From: Antedon mediterranea
Taxonomy: Eukaryota; Animalia; Echinodermata
Assembly: GCF_964355755.1 (NCBI RefSeq)
Contig: NC_092673.1
Span: 11,008,948-11,072,947 of the forward strand
Reading direction: 5' to 3'
DNA: 64,000 nucleotides
Made by a program: the position numbers and the translations under genes. Below, in pieces: positions 51,510-64,000 of this stretch; positions within the stretch are counted from its first letter, which is position 1, and every line of letters starts with the position of its first letter. Below the pieces are notes generated by a model. That model worked only from the letters and a program-made list of their open reading frames with translations. It was not told the DNA's origin and did not search any database.

Positions 51510-53400
51510 AGCTCCCAATGTACAATCGTGCCTAGCATATTAATGTTAATTGTATGTGCTTCGTTTCGTGTTATTTCTCTATTTTGTTGGTAAATTTAGA
51601 TTTTTTGCTAGGCGTTGTTATTGTTTCAAGGTGGCATTTGTTCTTATTCTTGCACAGTGGAAGAAGGCTTCTGGTAGCTGGCCATTGTTGATTTTGGATA
51701 TTGTACTAAACTTAGATTTGTTGTTGCTTATACAGTTATTATAGCCTACCTGATAATTATTTATAATAAGAGAGATATGTTGAGTTTGAAACATTCATAT
51801 AACAACTACTGATATTTTAATACTAAAGTCATTGCATATGTTCGAAGAAGAAGAGGGCGCCGTGCTGGGCGGCATATGCGGAAAAAAAATGTCAGTTAAA
51901 TTTGGAAAGGGTGGTGGATCTAGAATTAGCGTATTGCGAAAACCTAGGTGATTAGTCCCAATTCCTTATAAATCAATGCGTATTGAACATCCAAGTCTCT
52001 TTTTTAGCTAATGCATGTTCTCTTTGCAATAAAATGAATGAACTCGAGGTATTTTTTAATACGTATAAAGTGGATATTGCGGCGGTGACAGAAACTTGGT
52101 TTCATTCTGGATTTTCGTTGGAATGTTCTGATGTTGTGGGAAATGATAGAGGTAGTAAAGGGGGTGGCGTGGCCCTGTACCTTAGTGAAAGTTTACCTTT
52201 GTTGAGAATTCTATCTGTTCTCCTAATGGTCTTGAATGTTTGTGGATTGAAGTAAATTTGTCTAATTGCCATTCAATCTTTGTATGTGTGACCTATTTCC
52301 CCCCTAAATGTAACAAACATCATGAACTCATGGATTACTTATGCTCTAAAATCAACGAAATCCATAGCTCCAGGGATAATGCCTCATTCTGCATTATGGG
52401 TGATTTCAATGACTTTGACCTTAATCCTCTTACTTAACACAGATTTTAAACAGGTTGTTAACTTTTCCACTCTTGGTAGGTCTTGTCTTGATAAAGTTGT
52501 TCTTAGTACGCCAGATGTTTATCAGACTCCAGTTAAACTCTCACCCTTGCGTGTTTCAAGAGAAACCTAAGGTTAATCGAGTTAAGAATTGCGTTAAACC
52601 TAAAAAAAATATACGTCGTCCAATTAAAGATTCTTCCGTACGTGTGTTTGGTCAAATAATTACTCAGTTTGATTGGAGTAATACTTTTTCGGAATCTGAT
52701 CCTGAAAAGGCTGCCGTTGAGTTGGGTGATATTTTTCAGACAAATTTTATAAATTGCTTCCCTATCGTAGTATCACATTTAAGAGGATAACAAGCCATGG
52801 TTTCATGTCGGTACTGTATACAGAAATTAATTCGCAAACGACATAATGCCTATAGTCTAGGAAAAGATGAAGATTTCCGCTTTTATAGAAATGAGGACAT
52901 GCAACCTAACCCTGCTAAATGCAATGTAATGCATGTTCATTTTATGAGGAATGAACCCAATTTTGTGCCGTTAACAATTGGTGACAATGTTCTAGAAGAA
53001 AAGCCTGTTGTTAAGACTGGGTGTCTTATTACAAAAGAACATGAAATGGGATTATCAAGTTAATGAAATTATATCCTCCTCTCGTCGTTTGTTTATGTTA
53101 TATATTTTAAAACGATATGGTGATCTTGTCTTTACATCAAGCCCTTACTGAAGTATGCTAGTCCTCTATGGCATTCAGCAATCACTAAACAGCAATGCAC
53201 CTAGTTGGAATTTGTTCAGAAAAGAGCCTTTAAGATCATCATCGGCTAGACGGTTAAGTGTACTTGCCAAATTTGGAAACAGTCTAGTGACATCTGGGAG
53301 TTTCACTTTGCATTACTTTACTTCATATTGGTTGATTGAAGGTTATTATGACTGGCAAATGAGCAGCTAGATATACATTTGTGCCTAAATGCAGACCATT
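51510..53400 (+). mobile_element. Internally deleted L2/CR1-group LINE (endonuclease and 3' end)
   Basis: ANACSLCNK, AVTETWF, KGGGVALY, IMGDFND, NPAKCNVM. Confidence 0.8.
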
Positions 53401-53424
53401 TAGGGTGACTAATGTATGGAACAT

Positions 53425-53900
53425 GTAATATTTGTTCGGCCAACACAAGAATATGCGCAGACAGTATGGGATCCATATCAACTAAAACAAATTAATAAAA
53501 TACAATCAATTCAAAACGAAGCAGCCAGATATGTGACAAAAAATTATGACAGAAATAGTAGCATTAAAATGGCCACTTCTTCAACATAGAAGATTTGTTG
53601 CCAGACAATCTTATCTATACAAAACATGGCATGGAAAAACAGCCATAATACTACCACAACCACTAACACAAGTAATATTCATACAAGAGTGTTACGAAAC
53701 TCCAATAATTTTAACTTGTCAAATGCGAGATATTCAATAGACAAATACAAATATTCTTTTTTTTCCGCGTACTGTAAGAGCACGGAATGTACTTCCAGAA
53801 TGCATTTAAACAAGCATCATCACTACAAACCTTTAAATCAACACTTTGGACAAACTTAGATGATTGCACAATCACTATTGCACCACTCTAATAGCATATA
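53425..53900 (+). mobile_element. CR1-group LINE 3' fragment
   Basis: VRPTQEYAQTVWDPY...IQNEAARYVTKNYDRNSS, YKYSFF. Confidence 0.75.
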
Positions 53901-53970
53901 CTGCCAAGTCATGGGCTTCAATTTAATGCAGCAATCGATTTATGTATATTAATGAATGGATTGTTTTTTG

Positions 53971-54985
53971 TTTTTTACTTGGCAAAAAGAATTTTGCCAA
54001 GTATAGTATTCACTTTGTTTGTTTGTATGTTTGTTAGCACGATAGCGCCTACAGTTTTCAAGTTATCGTTCTGATTTTTTGGATGTAGATAGGTATATAC
54101 CTTCAGACCATGCCTATTGAAAATCAACAAAATTGGTTTATTAATAACTTCACAAATAACAAAAATGATATTATTTTCAGACCGGCTAGTGTTAAAAGAT
54201 AGGAGACAATTTTCAAAAGCCGGCGAGCAGTTTTAAAGTAACAAGTGTACTGAAATTGCATTCTCTCGAGAACTACTTGTCAAAAAAACATCATATTTGT
54301 ACAGGAGGCAAGAGTTATAAATTGTGATTTGTAATTGTCAAATATAATTTGATTTAATGTACATGATTTTTTATACGAGTAGTTTAAAAACCCTATTTCT
54401 TTTCAAATTCACGCGTTTGTTTTTCACGTTGCTGTTCTATTGTTATTCAAATTTATCTATTGTTAGTTGAAAATTAGTTTTTTAGTACCAGCGTATGTCC
54501 TTCCTTATTTCATTCTGTACATAGGTATATACCATTTCTCCATGTATATATTTACAGAACATGCCTATTGCTTTTCAGGAAAATTGATATATTAGTCATG
54601 TCACAAAAGCTTATCTTCTGTATGATATATTAAGTAGCACACATTCTGTCTTCTTTTAACATGGACATATTCTTTGATATGGACCAAAATATTAGTCCAC
54701 TGGTCGAGCGGTTAAGCTTACTCCATGGGTTAAGGCAGGGGCGCCGCAAATCGGCACAGCTTAAGACACTCCCCAACTCCTGGTCAATCTTGATTTTAGA
54801 AAGGTCATTGTTGCAATGACGGAGTTTGTTTGTATTAAAAATTATTTTAAAAAAAGTATAAACCCCAGCAGGATTTGAACCATGTAAGGCTAATACCTAA
54901 AAAAAAAATGTATCATTCAACATGCTCCCTATCAGTGGATATATTTTGCCAAGTACTTCACTCAGTTTCTGAGTGCTTTCATTTT
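53971..54985 (+). mobile_element. Helentron-derived non-autonomous element (DINE-1/HINE-like)
   Basis: T-run, 5' subTIR TACTTGGCAAAA with adjacent inverse, (GTTT/GTAT)n, 3' subTIR TTTTGCCAAGTA (54944-54955), stem-loop CACTCAG-TTT-CTGAGTG, T-rich end. Confidence 0.8.
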
Positions 54986-55339
54986 TGTCATTGTTTGGTC
55001 ACTTTTGTGAAGTTGTGAAATTAATAAATTAAAAAAAACAAATTATAAAACAAATTCAGTTAAGTATGATGTTTGCACACTGAAAGATGCACCCCTTGGC
55101 GCATATACCCATGTGGTCCTTCGTCAGCATTCATCCAAATTCAGTGTTGATCTCCCAGTGTATTACCATGTATTCAGTGATAAGATCTGTTACTTGCTTT
55201 ATCCATAAATTGTTGTACTTTAAACTGCAAGTTGGCCATCCTTCTCTTTATATTTGGAAAAAATCTTTATGTCTATGTATCTTCTTTAGAATATTTACAG
55301 ATTGTAGCACCAGATTAATTGTGGGCTTATAATCTCATA

Positions 55340-56880
55340 ATCTAACAGACTCATCCTTTTTCCGAACGGTTACTATCCCACTGACTATGCGTCACTGGTG
55401 TCAGGACTCCAATGTTGACCAATTTATCTAACTCAGTATCAACGTCAGACCTTAAGGCATAGGGGGCCTGGCATCTCCCTAAAGTAAAACATCAGCTTTA
55501 ATATGCTTTAAAAGTCCCAGTTCCCCTTTAAACAGACCCTCATGCTTATCCCTACATTCCAATTTATTATTACATAATTACAGTATTATCAAAACATTCT
55601 TGCCAATTTAACTTAATAACATTTAACCAGTCTTGCCCTAAAAGAGCATGCCTAGTATTAGCAACAACATACATGAATAAATAATGACACTTTTAAGTGT
55701 TTAAAAACACTAATTTTACCAAGGGGTTTTACAATCTCCCCCGTAAAACTAGTAAATGTTCGAGAATTCTCTTGCAAACGTTTATGCTTAAAATGTTCTT
55801 TATAAGCCTGTTCAGATATCAAAGTTACTGCAGAACCAGTGTCCAATTCAAACTGAAACTGTTCTGGTCATCCACATTCATGTTAACACAAATAGCATAT
55901 GATGATTTATTTGTTGTAAAAATAGGCAAAGGTAATGTAGTTTCAATATCACTATCGCTATCATTAATCTCTACCGTACGTACACCTTGTGACCTTTTGA
56001 CACACGTTACACTTCTTATCTTTAAACCAACAATTGTGTTGATCATGTGATTTTCTTCCACACCGGTTACACATCTTACGTTCTTTATTCCCCTTTTTAT
56101 GTTTATTGTTATTACTTTTACGCTTATTTCTACGCTCGCCGCTTCCATGTTTTCAACCGCTAGAGTATGTTGATTGATTGAAATATATATTTATACTGGG
56201 TATTGTATACACCTCTGTATTTATAGCAGACTCTCTCAGATACTTGGACTCATTCTTAGCACTTTCTCTCGCGAAAGCAACTTCTACTGCTTCATTAAAA
56301 CTCAACTCAGCCACACCCGCCTTTTCCATTAATTTTAATGACGTATTTTGGTCCCTCATCCCGCTTATGAACCTATCACGTAGTTGCTCGTCCAGCTTCT
56401 CGCCAAAATTGCAATTCAAACTTAAATGTTTCAGAGCAACTATGTATTCAGAAGACTTTTCATCAGGACGTTGATTACGCTGAATAAACTTATGCCTTTC
56501 GGCAATGGTAATTATTGGCTTAGTAAAATGTCTTTTAAGTGTGGACTTTAATTCATCATATGGAATATCTTTGGGCGCCTTTGGGCTAACCAAATCCCTC
56601 AAAATACCGTAGTACTTACGACCTATCACGTCAGGAAAATGGCTGCCACTCTAGCTCCAACAGTACCACCTGCATCATCTACATCCGGCTCTCCATGTAG
56701 GCCTAGTCCAATCGTCTCCACATAAATCTCAACACGCTCCAAATTCTCGGCTTCATTATACTGCTCAAACATCGGCATATAGTGGTCTTTAACAGCCATC
56801 CTCGTGGCCAAAGGACACTAAACAACAGTACACATGTATTACATACACAACTCAGTCAGGTGTGGATTCCAAGTGCACTA
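55340..56880 (-). mobile_element. Degraded Gypsy fragment (PBS, gag, protease, start of RT)
   Basis: PBS-like TGGCCACGAGGATGG, AERHKFIQRNQ, LRDRFISG, LDTGSAVTLIS. Confidence 0.85.
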
Positions 56881-56939
56881 GGCATTTATTGTCAATAGCC
56901 TATTATACTTTCCTACATACAATATCAATGCACGTAGAC

Positions 56940-59799
56940 CAATTACCCATGTCCTAATACACGACAGTATGCTGTGATTAGCCGCAACAAAACATTTTGA
57001 TGTGTCTTTGTAACCGTCTTTTCTTTGTCATTGGCATTCTTGGGAACATCATACAGGCTTTTAAATGTCAGGGCTTTGTTTCTTTTTATTGGATCATTAA
57101 ATGAAGTCTTTCGCTCTGCTTCAGATGGCAGTCGATCTTCAACGAATGCTAAAGTCTGTTGCTGACCCAATTTGGTTGCTTGTAGTAAGGATTCTTGAAT
57201 CTCTGTGCTTACCAGGTATTTGGTTGCTATGTTTTGTAGGATATCTGTTGAATCAGACCATACAATTCGTGCGTATTTACTGCTAAATGCGACCTGAGAT
57301 TGAATGAAAGGCTCCATCTCATCAAAGCAAATATAGTTTTTGTCTTCCTACGATTCCTCCTGATCGCTTTCCCGTACCATTTAGCCATTCTTGAGCATGG
57401 TCTGGATCTACTTTGCTAAAAGACTTTGTTGAACACTTGACAACAAAATTTCTTTTTGAAAATTCTTCTTTGATTTCATCTGGAAGCTGGTTCATTTTAG
57501 CTATATAAACAGGACCCCAACCGGCGTAATTATAGTGATCGTATCGGAAAAAGTATGTGTAAGTTCCAGTTTCCTTCTCTCTGAGCTCTGAGTAGGATTG
57601 GTACTATTTCTAACACCACCAAAAAGTTAACGTTCTTCTCGCATTCATCTTCTATGTACTAGTATAGAATGTTCTGGTATGTATCGCCTTTGATCATCGC
57701 TACTAAAGTGTTGATTTTATCACTTTCTTTTTGAATGGAACTTATACTTTCATGAAGATCACTGTTGATTTCTGCCAACTTTTCGGAAAACGCTGGGATT
57801 AATATTCCCCACAATGCTTGAATAGATAGCTTGTGGACTCACATCACTTTCTTATACCCTTTTCCAGACAACACAAGCTCGGCTGCACATGCACCTATAA
57901 TTCCACTTTCAATCCATGACTCATTCGACCCACACCCTTTCATGTGCTTTCCAATAACTTTTAAAAAGTTCATAAATATGTGGAGACCTCCCAGGCGTGG
58001 AATTAATTTTAACATGTATTCAGGAACATTCCATTTTAACTCCATTAGTTTACACTAAAGTGCTTGATCAACGGTAATGACAGTGTAGTTTTGTCCCAAA
58101 TGATCCAATATTGACATACACCTCCTTACAACTGTATTTAAAGATCAAATTCATGAGCAGGAGCTAGTATCATGGGCATGTGCCCAACGGAAGTTTTTCT
58201 GTGATCGGTTGTTGAATTCTGTTGATTAAACGCAAGATCAGTTGCTTTCGCTTGCTTCTCGCATTCAAGATTTGCACTTTTGCCATTAAACTAATTAGCA
58301 TTTACTGGCTGACGGAAAAATGGTTTGGTTTTACTTTCGACAATCTTTGTTGAGAACAACTCAGTAAGAATATCTGGAACTAAAATTTTCAACTAAGGCC
58401 GGTTATTTTACAGTGGATCTTTGAGAAGCTGCTAGCTGCGTGGCATAGAATGTGTTCTAACCGTCAAGTGATTCGCCTAATTTATCAATATTATCGGCCG
58501 TTAAGTGTATGAATTAATCTGGATCAAAGTTCTGTGGTACAACTGCTCCTGTAGTACAATCCATTGACCGCAAAGTATAGTTGGCAAGGGCAGTGTCCCG
58601 CTTGATGGAATAAGTTACCAAGATCCTTTGACCTAGTTGCTTGGTGCAATGTACTTGTCAATCCAATATGTTTTGGTGTCCACTTCTTTCCTTTGCTTAT
58701 TCCATAAACCAAATCATGTGCATTGCTCATAACCATACGTCGTGTTTGATCCTCATATTTCATTTCAGAACAATCTTCATTTAAATGGTCTTGGCCTCCA
58801 TATACTAATCGCAGAAACATATACAAACTATCAGGTATGCACTCGGCTTCATCTTTCTCACTAACTGCCAATCCTTTGTGACCAGGTTTCGAAATAATAT
58901 CGCCACGGATCTTTAATGCAACATGTACAAGAGATAGAAACACATCTTCTTGCTCTGGTTGGTACGTTGGAATCTATATAATGGATGGGAATGAGTAATG
59001 TTTGGCGATCTGATGGATTCAGTATTCAGTTGAGAAACAAGCTTCTCTTTAAATGTTGCCCTTCTGCTCAAATATGACTGTGGGATATCTATGCACAAAT
59101 TATTAGCTAATTCAACATACCGATTCCATACATCAATCAACTTAAAAAATAATCCTATTCTAGCTGCCTTTTCATGTTTATTGCAAAGCCAAACAAATGC
59201 AATATCTCTTTTCTCGCAATCTTTTTAATTTTCTCTGTAGATCTATCAAATGCTTTCAAACACACTAAATGGTATTTTCCTTCAGATGCTATTAGGTCAT
59301 TTACATCTGCTACTCTAACAGAAAAATTATAATCAAAAGGAGCAGCTTCGAGTATACGACTACTTAGGCCAAATGTCTTAAAAGAACAAAGACGGTCTTT
59401 AGAATCAATATACATTTTTCCCAGTCAACAACCGGCATATTAGAACGTCTTGAGAGCCTATCTGTTGTATTGAGAAAACTTGAAGTGGGTTTGGATGATG
59501 CGTCTAGCTCGTATCGTCTTCTCTTATTTTCTAATCGTTTCATTCTGTCTTGATCAGTGAAATGGCAATAACACTGTTTATGCCATAATGTCTTATGTTG
59601 TAAAACATAGTGAAACTTTGTTCGTAATATCGTCATCATCACCGAGCTGACATCTCTTTTCAGCTGCGTCCTTTACAGTTCTTAAACCTTGCTCGCTTGC
59701 TTCTCTTAACTTATCATTAGCTTTACGTTTAGTCTGACAAAATAGACACAGCTTATAATTTACTAATCTTTGTTTTTTTAAATCACAAACTGACTCCAT
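56940..59799 (-). pseudogene. Academ transposase, 5' portion, degraded
   Basis: CLFCQ, WHKQCY..FT, DLIASEGKYH..C, KWTPKHIGL, TVDQAL, RLGGLHIFMNFL..IGK, DHYNY. Confidence 0.85.
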
Positions 59800-60927
59800 G
59801 ATGTGGTCTTTATTTCACCAAAAACTGATATTCGGTAGCTATATAAAGGTAATTTCTTTTATTTTAAATTTTTTTTTACGTTAGACATTAATTATTATAT
59901 AAATGATAGGCCTACTATTAAGTTTATTAAATAAAAAAGACGTAAATTGCGCGCCATATTAATACTTTTAATTCATGTGAACTTGTTTGATAGGCCTACG
60001 TGTGGCAACCCTAAGAGACGTACGCCCTTGACTTAATCAATATTCAAATTAACTTGAGAAAAAAAGAAATCTTTTAAAACTTAACTACAGACACCTTACA
60101 AATGTGTATGTAACGATTTCAGTTATCTTTTTAAAAATTAGTATTTTAAATTTTTTTAATTTACTGCATTTCTCAGTTATATTTATAAAAAATGCAGTGG
60201 TTTTTTTAAGAGTGAAGTGTGACTTCCCCGGTAGGGGATGGAAGGAATCGGCTTTTCAGTCATTAGTGCATTTTTAAGTATTATTATTATTATTTTATCG
60301 TTCTCGGGCATGATCCCATTTTTATCCATTTGTTGTTCGTATTTGTATTCTTATGAGTATGTCACCGATTTAATTGTATATTCAATAAATTATGTTATCA
60401 TCTAAAACGTTGGAAGATTATTCGACTAATTATACACAGTATAGATGAGCTGTTTTCTATCCTGCCTCTGGTCACACAAATATGCTGATGTTGATGGATG
60501 TTGATCCTGTGCTGAACTTGTAGGTAGCTGATTTTCTAAAGCAGTCAGTCGGTCATATTCAATGATTCGGTTTCTGGTTGTTAGCCTTGCAATAATGGTG
60601 CTCCTCAGGGCTGTTCACTGTTGTCCCTCCTTTTTTCACTTTACTCTAATGATTTTGTACCTCCTGTTATTGACCAAACTGAATAAAATTTATTGATATT
60701 CCATCAGCTATCAGGTTGTATAATAGAGATTTCAAACACTAGTCCGCTATTACTCATGTTTCTTTTACAGTTCCCTGTTTTTTATGTTATATGTATACAA
60801 CTCGAGTGTACTTAAGGACCCATATCTCATAGCTGTATTTTGCCGTTGTGACAATAAAGTTTTATCGTATCGTATAATATAAGATTGTGTACATAAATTA
60901 ATTTATATAAGCAACAATTTTCGATTT

Positions 60928-60931
<4 letters not shown>

Positions 60932-60959
<28 letters not shown>
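60932..60959. repeat. (TA)n microsatellite
   Basis: Read directly. Confidence 0.9.
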
Positions 60960-61539
60960 GGCTTACAACATGCAACCATGCTATTGGTAGAAAACCATGT
61001 TTGAAAAAACAACATAGACACCACTGCACTGGATATAGTTATAAATAAAACTACATTAACTAGCAGATAAGACAAATCTAGATTACTTTACAATGTTAGG
61101 TTTCTGCTGTAGTAGTTGTATGAACTTGCTCGAACAAAAGGTACTAAAATCAATGACTTTACCTCCAAGATCAAACAACATTTTTGCGTCGCAACTAATT
61201 TACCTGCAAAGCAATGGTTGTTTGATCTTATTTTTTACTTGCAATGCGAAAACCGAGTATATCAATTCGTATTTATAATGCGCCAAAATCTTTCCAAAAA
61301 GATCAGTTCTAAGGTGCAACGCCAGAACCGCTAGCACTCGTAAATTTGTTGGAATAATTATGATTTCAGATGCCTTTTAAACAAGTCTGTAGATCTTGAT
61401 AGTTGAACTTAACTTATACTAAAGTATTTTCACACACTGAAATTGTTATTATAAGCAGATAAATGTTACCAACATTTGAATGAATTGTAAAACCAATAAG
61501 AAAAACCGTATTTATCTTATAAAGGAGACCTTTTTCATT

Positions 61540-61993
61540 GTACATTTAAAAACAAATTATTTACATAATTGGAAAATTATGACAATAAACAAAGGAAAAT
61601 CGAATAGATATTAGTAAAACTGTATTCAGAATAAAAAAAAGCTATCCTACGATACCAAACAGTAAAGTATTTGAGAAAATTAAAATGTTGACCTTTTGAC
61701 CTTTATTGGTCATGTGACTTGTTTTATTGTTAAATAACTATGTAACTATGCATTTTTTTATATGGATGTAATGGGTTATTACATTCACTTTCCGATGATA
61801 CCATGGATGACAAAATTCAGTGTGGAATGTCTGCCATTTTGAAATACAAAATGGCGGCCGAAGGAGTGGTTGAAAAAAATGGCACCTAACTTTTTTTAAT
61901 TCAGGAACTCAAGAATAACAAAGTTAGCCAATAAAATCTATTTGGCACAAATATCGAGCCGGAGCTAGTTTTTCTTACATAGTGACTGTACTA
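61540..61993 (-). mobile_element. Academ-like terminus, possibly the left end of the 56.9-59.8 kb element
   Basis: Minus strand begins TAGTACAGTCACTATGTAAG; AAAATGGC and TGACCTT motifs as in the Academ at 30.3-30.7 kb. Confidence 0.45.
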
Positions 61994-62989
61994 AGTAGAC
62001 TTGATATGTTATCTAAAGGACCATGCTATGTATACCATTGGGCTATGTTTACCAATTTTAATACTGGAGTTATTGTTTCCAAATTCTATTTATTGACGTA
62101 TGCAAACAAGGAGTGCGAGAAACATGTGGTTAATTCTCACTTGCATGGAGTCCATTACAGTACACTCTGGAAGTTGAGCGGAAGTCGAGCGTTACGTTTT
62201 GTCAACAATTCGCAGTGCGAAACATCATTGAGACTGATAGAAAAATGCTTTCTTCCCCAAACAATCAACATTTTCTACTTTTAATGACAGAAAACGGGAC
62301 AATCCAAATTAAATCAGGAATGGTTGACAGGTATGGTACTGTAACTAATTATATGCCAAACTCTCTAGGCTTAGCCTAGACCTAACTTAAAAAGGTTGGG
62401 GCCAGGCCTACACTAATGCAGTAGACATTCAAATCGAATCACCCAATTTTGCAACTTTATTTCATCTTTATCCCTTGTAGTACTACCCCATAGTCTCTCT
62501 GAAAATAAAGTTTGGGGAAAAAAGCTTATTTTATGCTTATGAAATGCATATCAAAGCCGATAAATTTAAGTGGGCCAAATAGATCCGGGCTGAATCGTCC
62601 CAGGGCCGAATCGTCCCGCTACCGATGCGATACTAGCAAAAATATTCCCTGGTTGAGTCAGCATGGACGTCAATATTATAGGTACCCAAATATTTTAACC
62701 AAAACTTTTATATATCCGGTGAATTTTCTTCTATAAATTCTAAAGATTGTGTGTACTGAATGTCAACGCAGTAAATGAAAAATTGACAAAAGCCAAATAC
62801 GAAATTGTGTTTTTTAGGCTTCATTGAGCAGGACTAGAAACCACCTCATTAACGAAAGATGATCTTCATAACGCAGCAACCACGTTGTAACGTGGTACAC
62901 ATGGAAAAATAATTTTGCCACGCTCCCTAAAAAAATCAATGACATTATGTACTTCCTGTTAAAATAGTAATTTTCATAACTTTTGTTTG

Positions 62990-63216
62990 TCGTTCAACAT
63001 CATGATGAGCCTCGAGCATCCTCTTATTATTGTTTCAGCATTGACAATGTTAAAAAAACACTCCTATTCAACCTAATTCACCTAAATGTGTTTTAATTGT
63101 CAAAAACTAATTATCTAAATATACTTAATTAGTCAACAGGGTTACATTGGGTGGTTAAAATCAGTACCGAAAGTATGTAGCAACATTAAATACCATTACA
63201 TAAATTTTTATATAGA
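62990..63216 (-). mobile_element. Diverged 5' fragment of the Helitron family seen at 2698
   Basis: Minus strand TCTATATAAAAATTTATGTAA and ACTTTCGGTACTGATTTTAACC...ATGTAACCCTGTT match 2698-2860. Confidence 0.75.
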
Positions 63217-63278
63217 AGAGAGAAGAAAAGTAGAAAAAAATTATGGCAAATTTAAGAACGAATGGTACAGATGCTTAC

Positions 63279-63359
63279 CAGTGATATACCTAGACTCCAC
63301 ACATCTGCTCTTACGTCATAGTCCGGATTTGTTGGGTCAGGGGGGTCAATTCTCTCAGG
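63279..63359 (-). CDS. MAP2K7: MAP2K7 exon (kinase subdomains VIII-IX)
   Basis: PERIDPPDPTNPDYDVRADVWSLGISL, the MKK7-type insert; AG/GT. Confidence 0.97.
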
Positions 63360-63591
63360 CTGAAAATGTAAGCACACAAAATCAAACTTAACTAGAATTT
63401 AATTCGTCACTTTGACGAATTATAGGTGATCATTTTTATAAATTTATTGACATTAATATTTTTTAAACATGCACGTACGTTAACATACGATGTACGCCAT
63501 CCTATGACATGATGCATATACACTTATAGTGCTGGGTTGTACCTATTATGTGTCATATACAATATGTACAGTATATACTGTATATCATATA

Positions 63592-64000
63592 CAGTGTAGC
63601 ATAGGTGAAATTACGGGACCCACATCATGTTCTAATTTTTTGGTATGATGGAATTATCAAAATAAACTCGAAGATGACAATTTCGAAAGATTAGTGGATT
63701 GAGCAAATAAATATAAGGATTGGAAGAGAATTTGACACGTAGAAGCGCAATGCGCGCTGTTTGAAATATGTATAACTTTGACTAAAGAAATTTAAAAACT
63801 ACTTTTTAACTTCAACTGGCCATATGATAACATCACATTATCCGATAGGCTTAATTTTTATATGAATTCATATCTACATTTCATCAGCTTTCATAATAAG
63901 TTATAATCTTCAAGGTCACCTTAAATTCTGAAGAGCTGTAATGGTGTAGCTGAAATTACACGACCTAGGTTATTCAAGTTTTTACGCGTGATGATGTCAA
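63592..64000 (+). mobile_element. Tc1/mariner-type non-autonomous element running off the window
   Basis: TA followed by CAGTGTAGCATAGG; homologous to the element ending at 19587. Confidence 0.7.

Noticed and set aside
62570-62623. GC-rich GGGCCGAATCGTCCC repeats, possible transposon terminus
   Set aside because: Opposite end not found; superfamily cannot be supported.

Overview
AT-rich animal genomic DNA (spliced genes, deuterostome-type SINEs; probably a marine invertebrate such as an echinoderm, which is inference). Two conserved genes lie tail-to-tail: the 3' six coding exons of PIGK (GPI transamidase catalytic subunit, + strand, 12793-41143; earlier exons not found in the window) and the last four coding exons of MAP2K7/MKK7 (- strand, 63359-46373; the gene continues beyond the window end). 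Most of the rest is transposon material, much with readable termini and target-site duplications. It includes a full-length Gypsy LTR element split by a Helitron and a Kolobok MITE, an intron-containing Harbinger transposase, and a four-level nest (L2/CR1 LINE > hAT > Academ > Gypsy). It also holds Penelope-like elements, SINEs, a Helentron-like element and many MITEs. The least expected signal is a decayed cluster of compact intronless ORFs at 13.8-15.1 kb inside a PIGK intron; one resembles the ssDNA-binding protein of large DNA viruses (DUF2738-like). I found no prokaryotic-type systems (CRISPR etc.) and no intact novel system that I can support. All family calls come from motif recognition by eye, without database searches.
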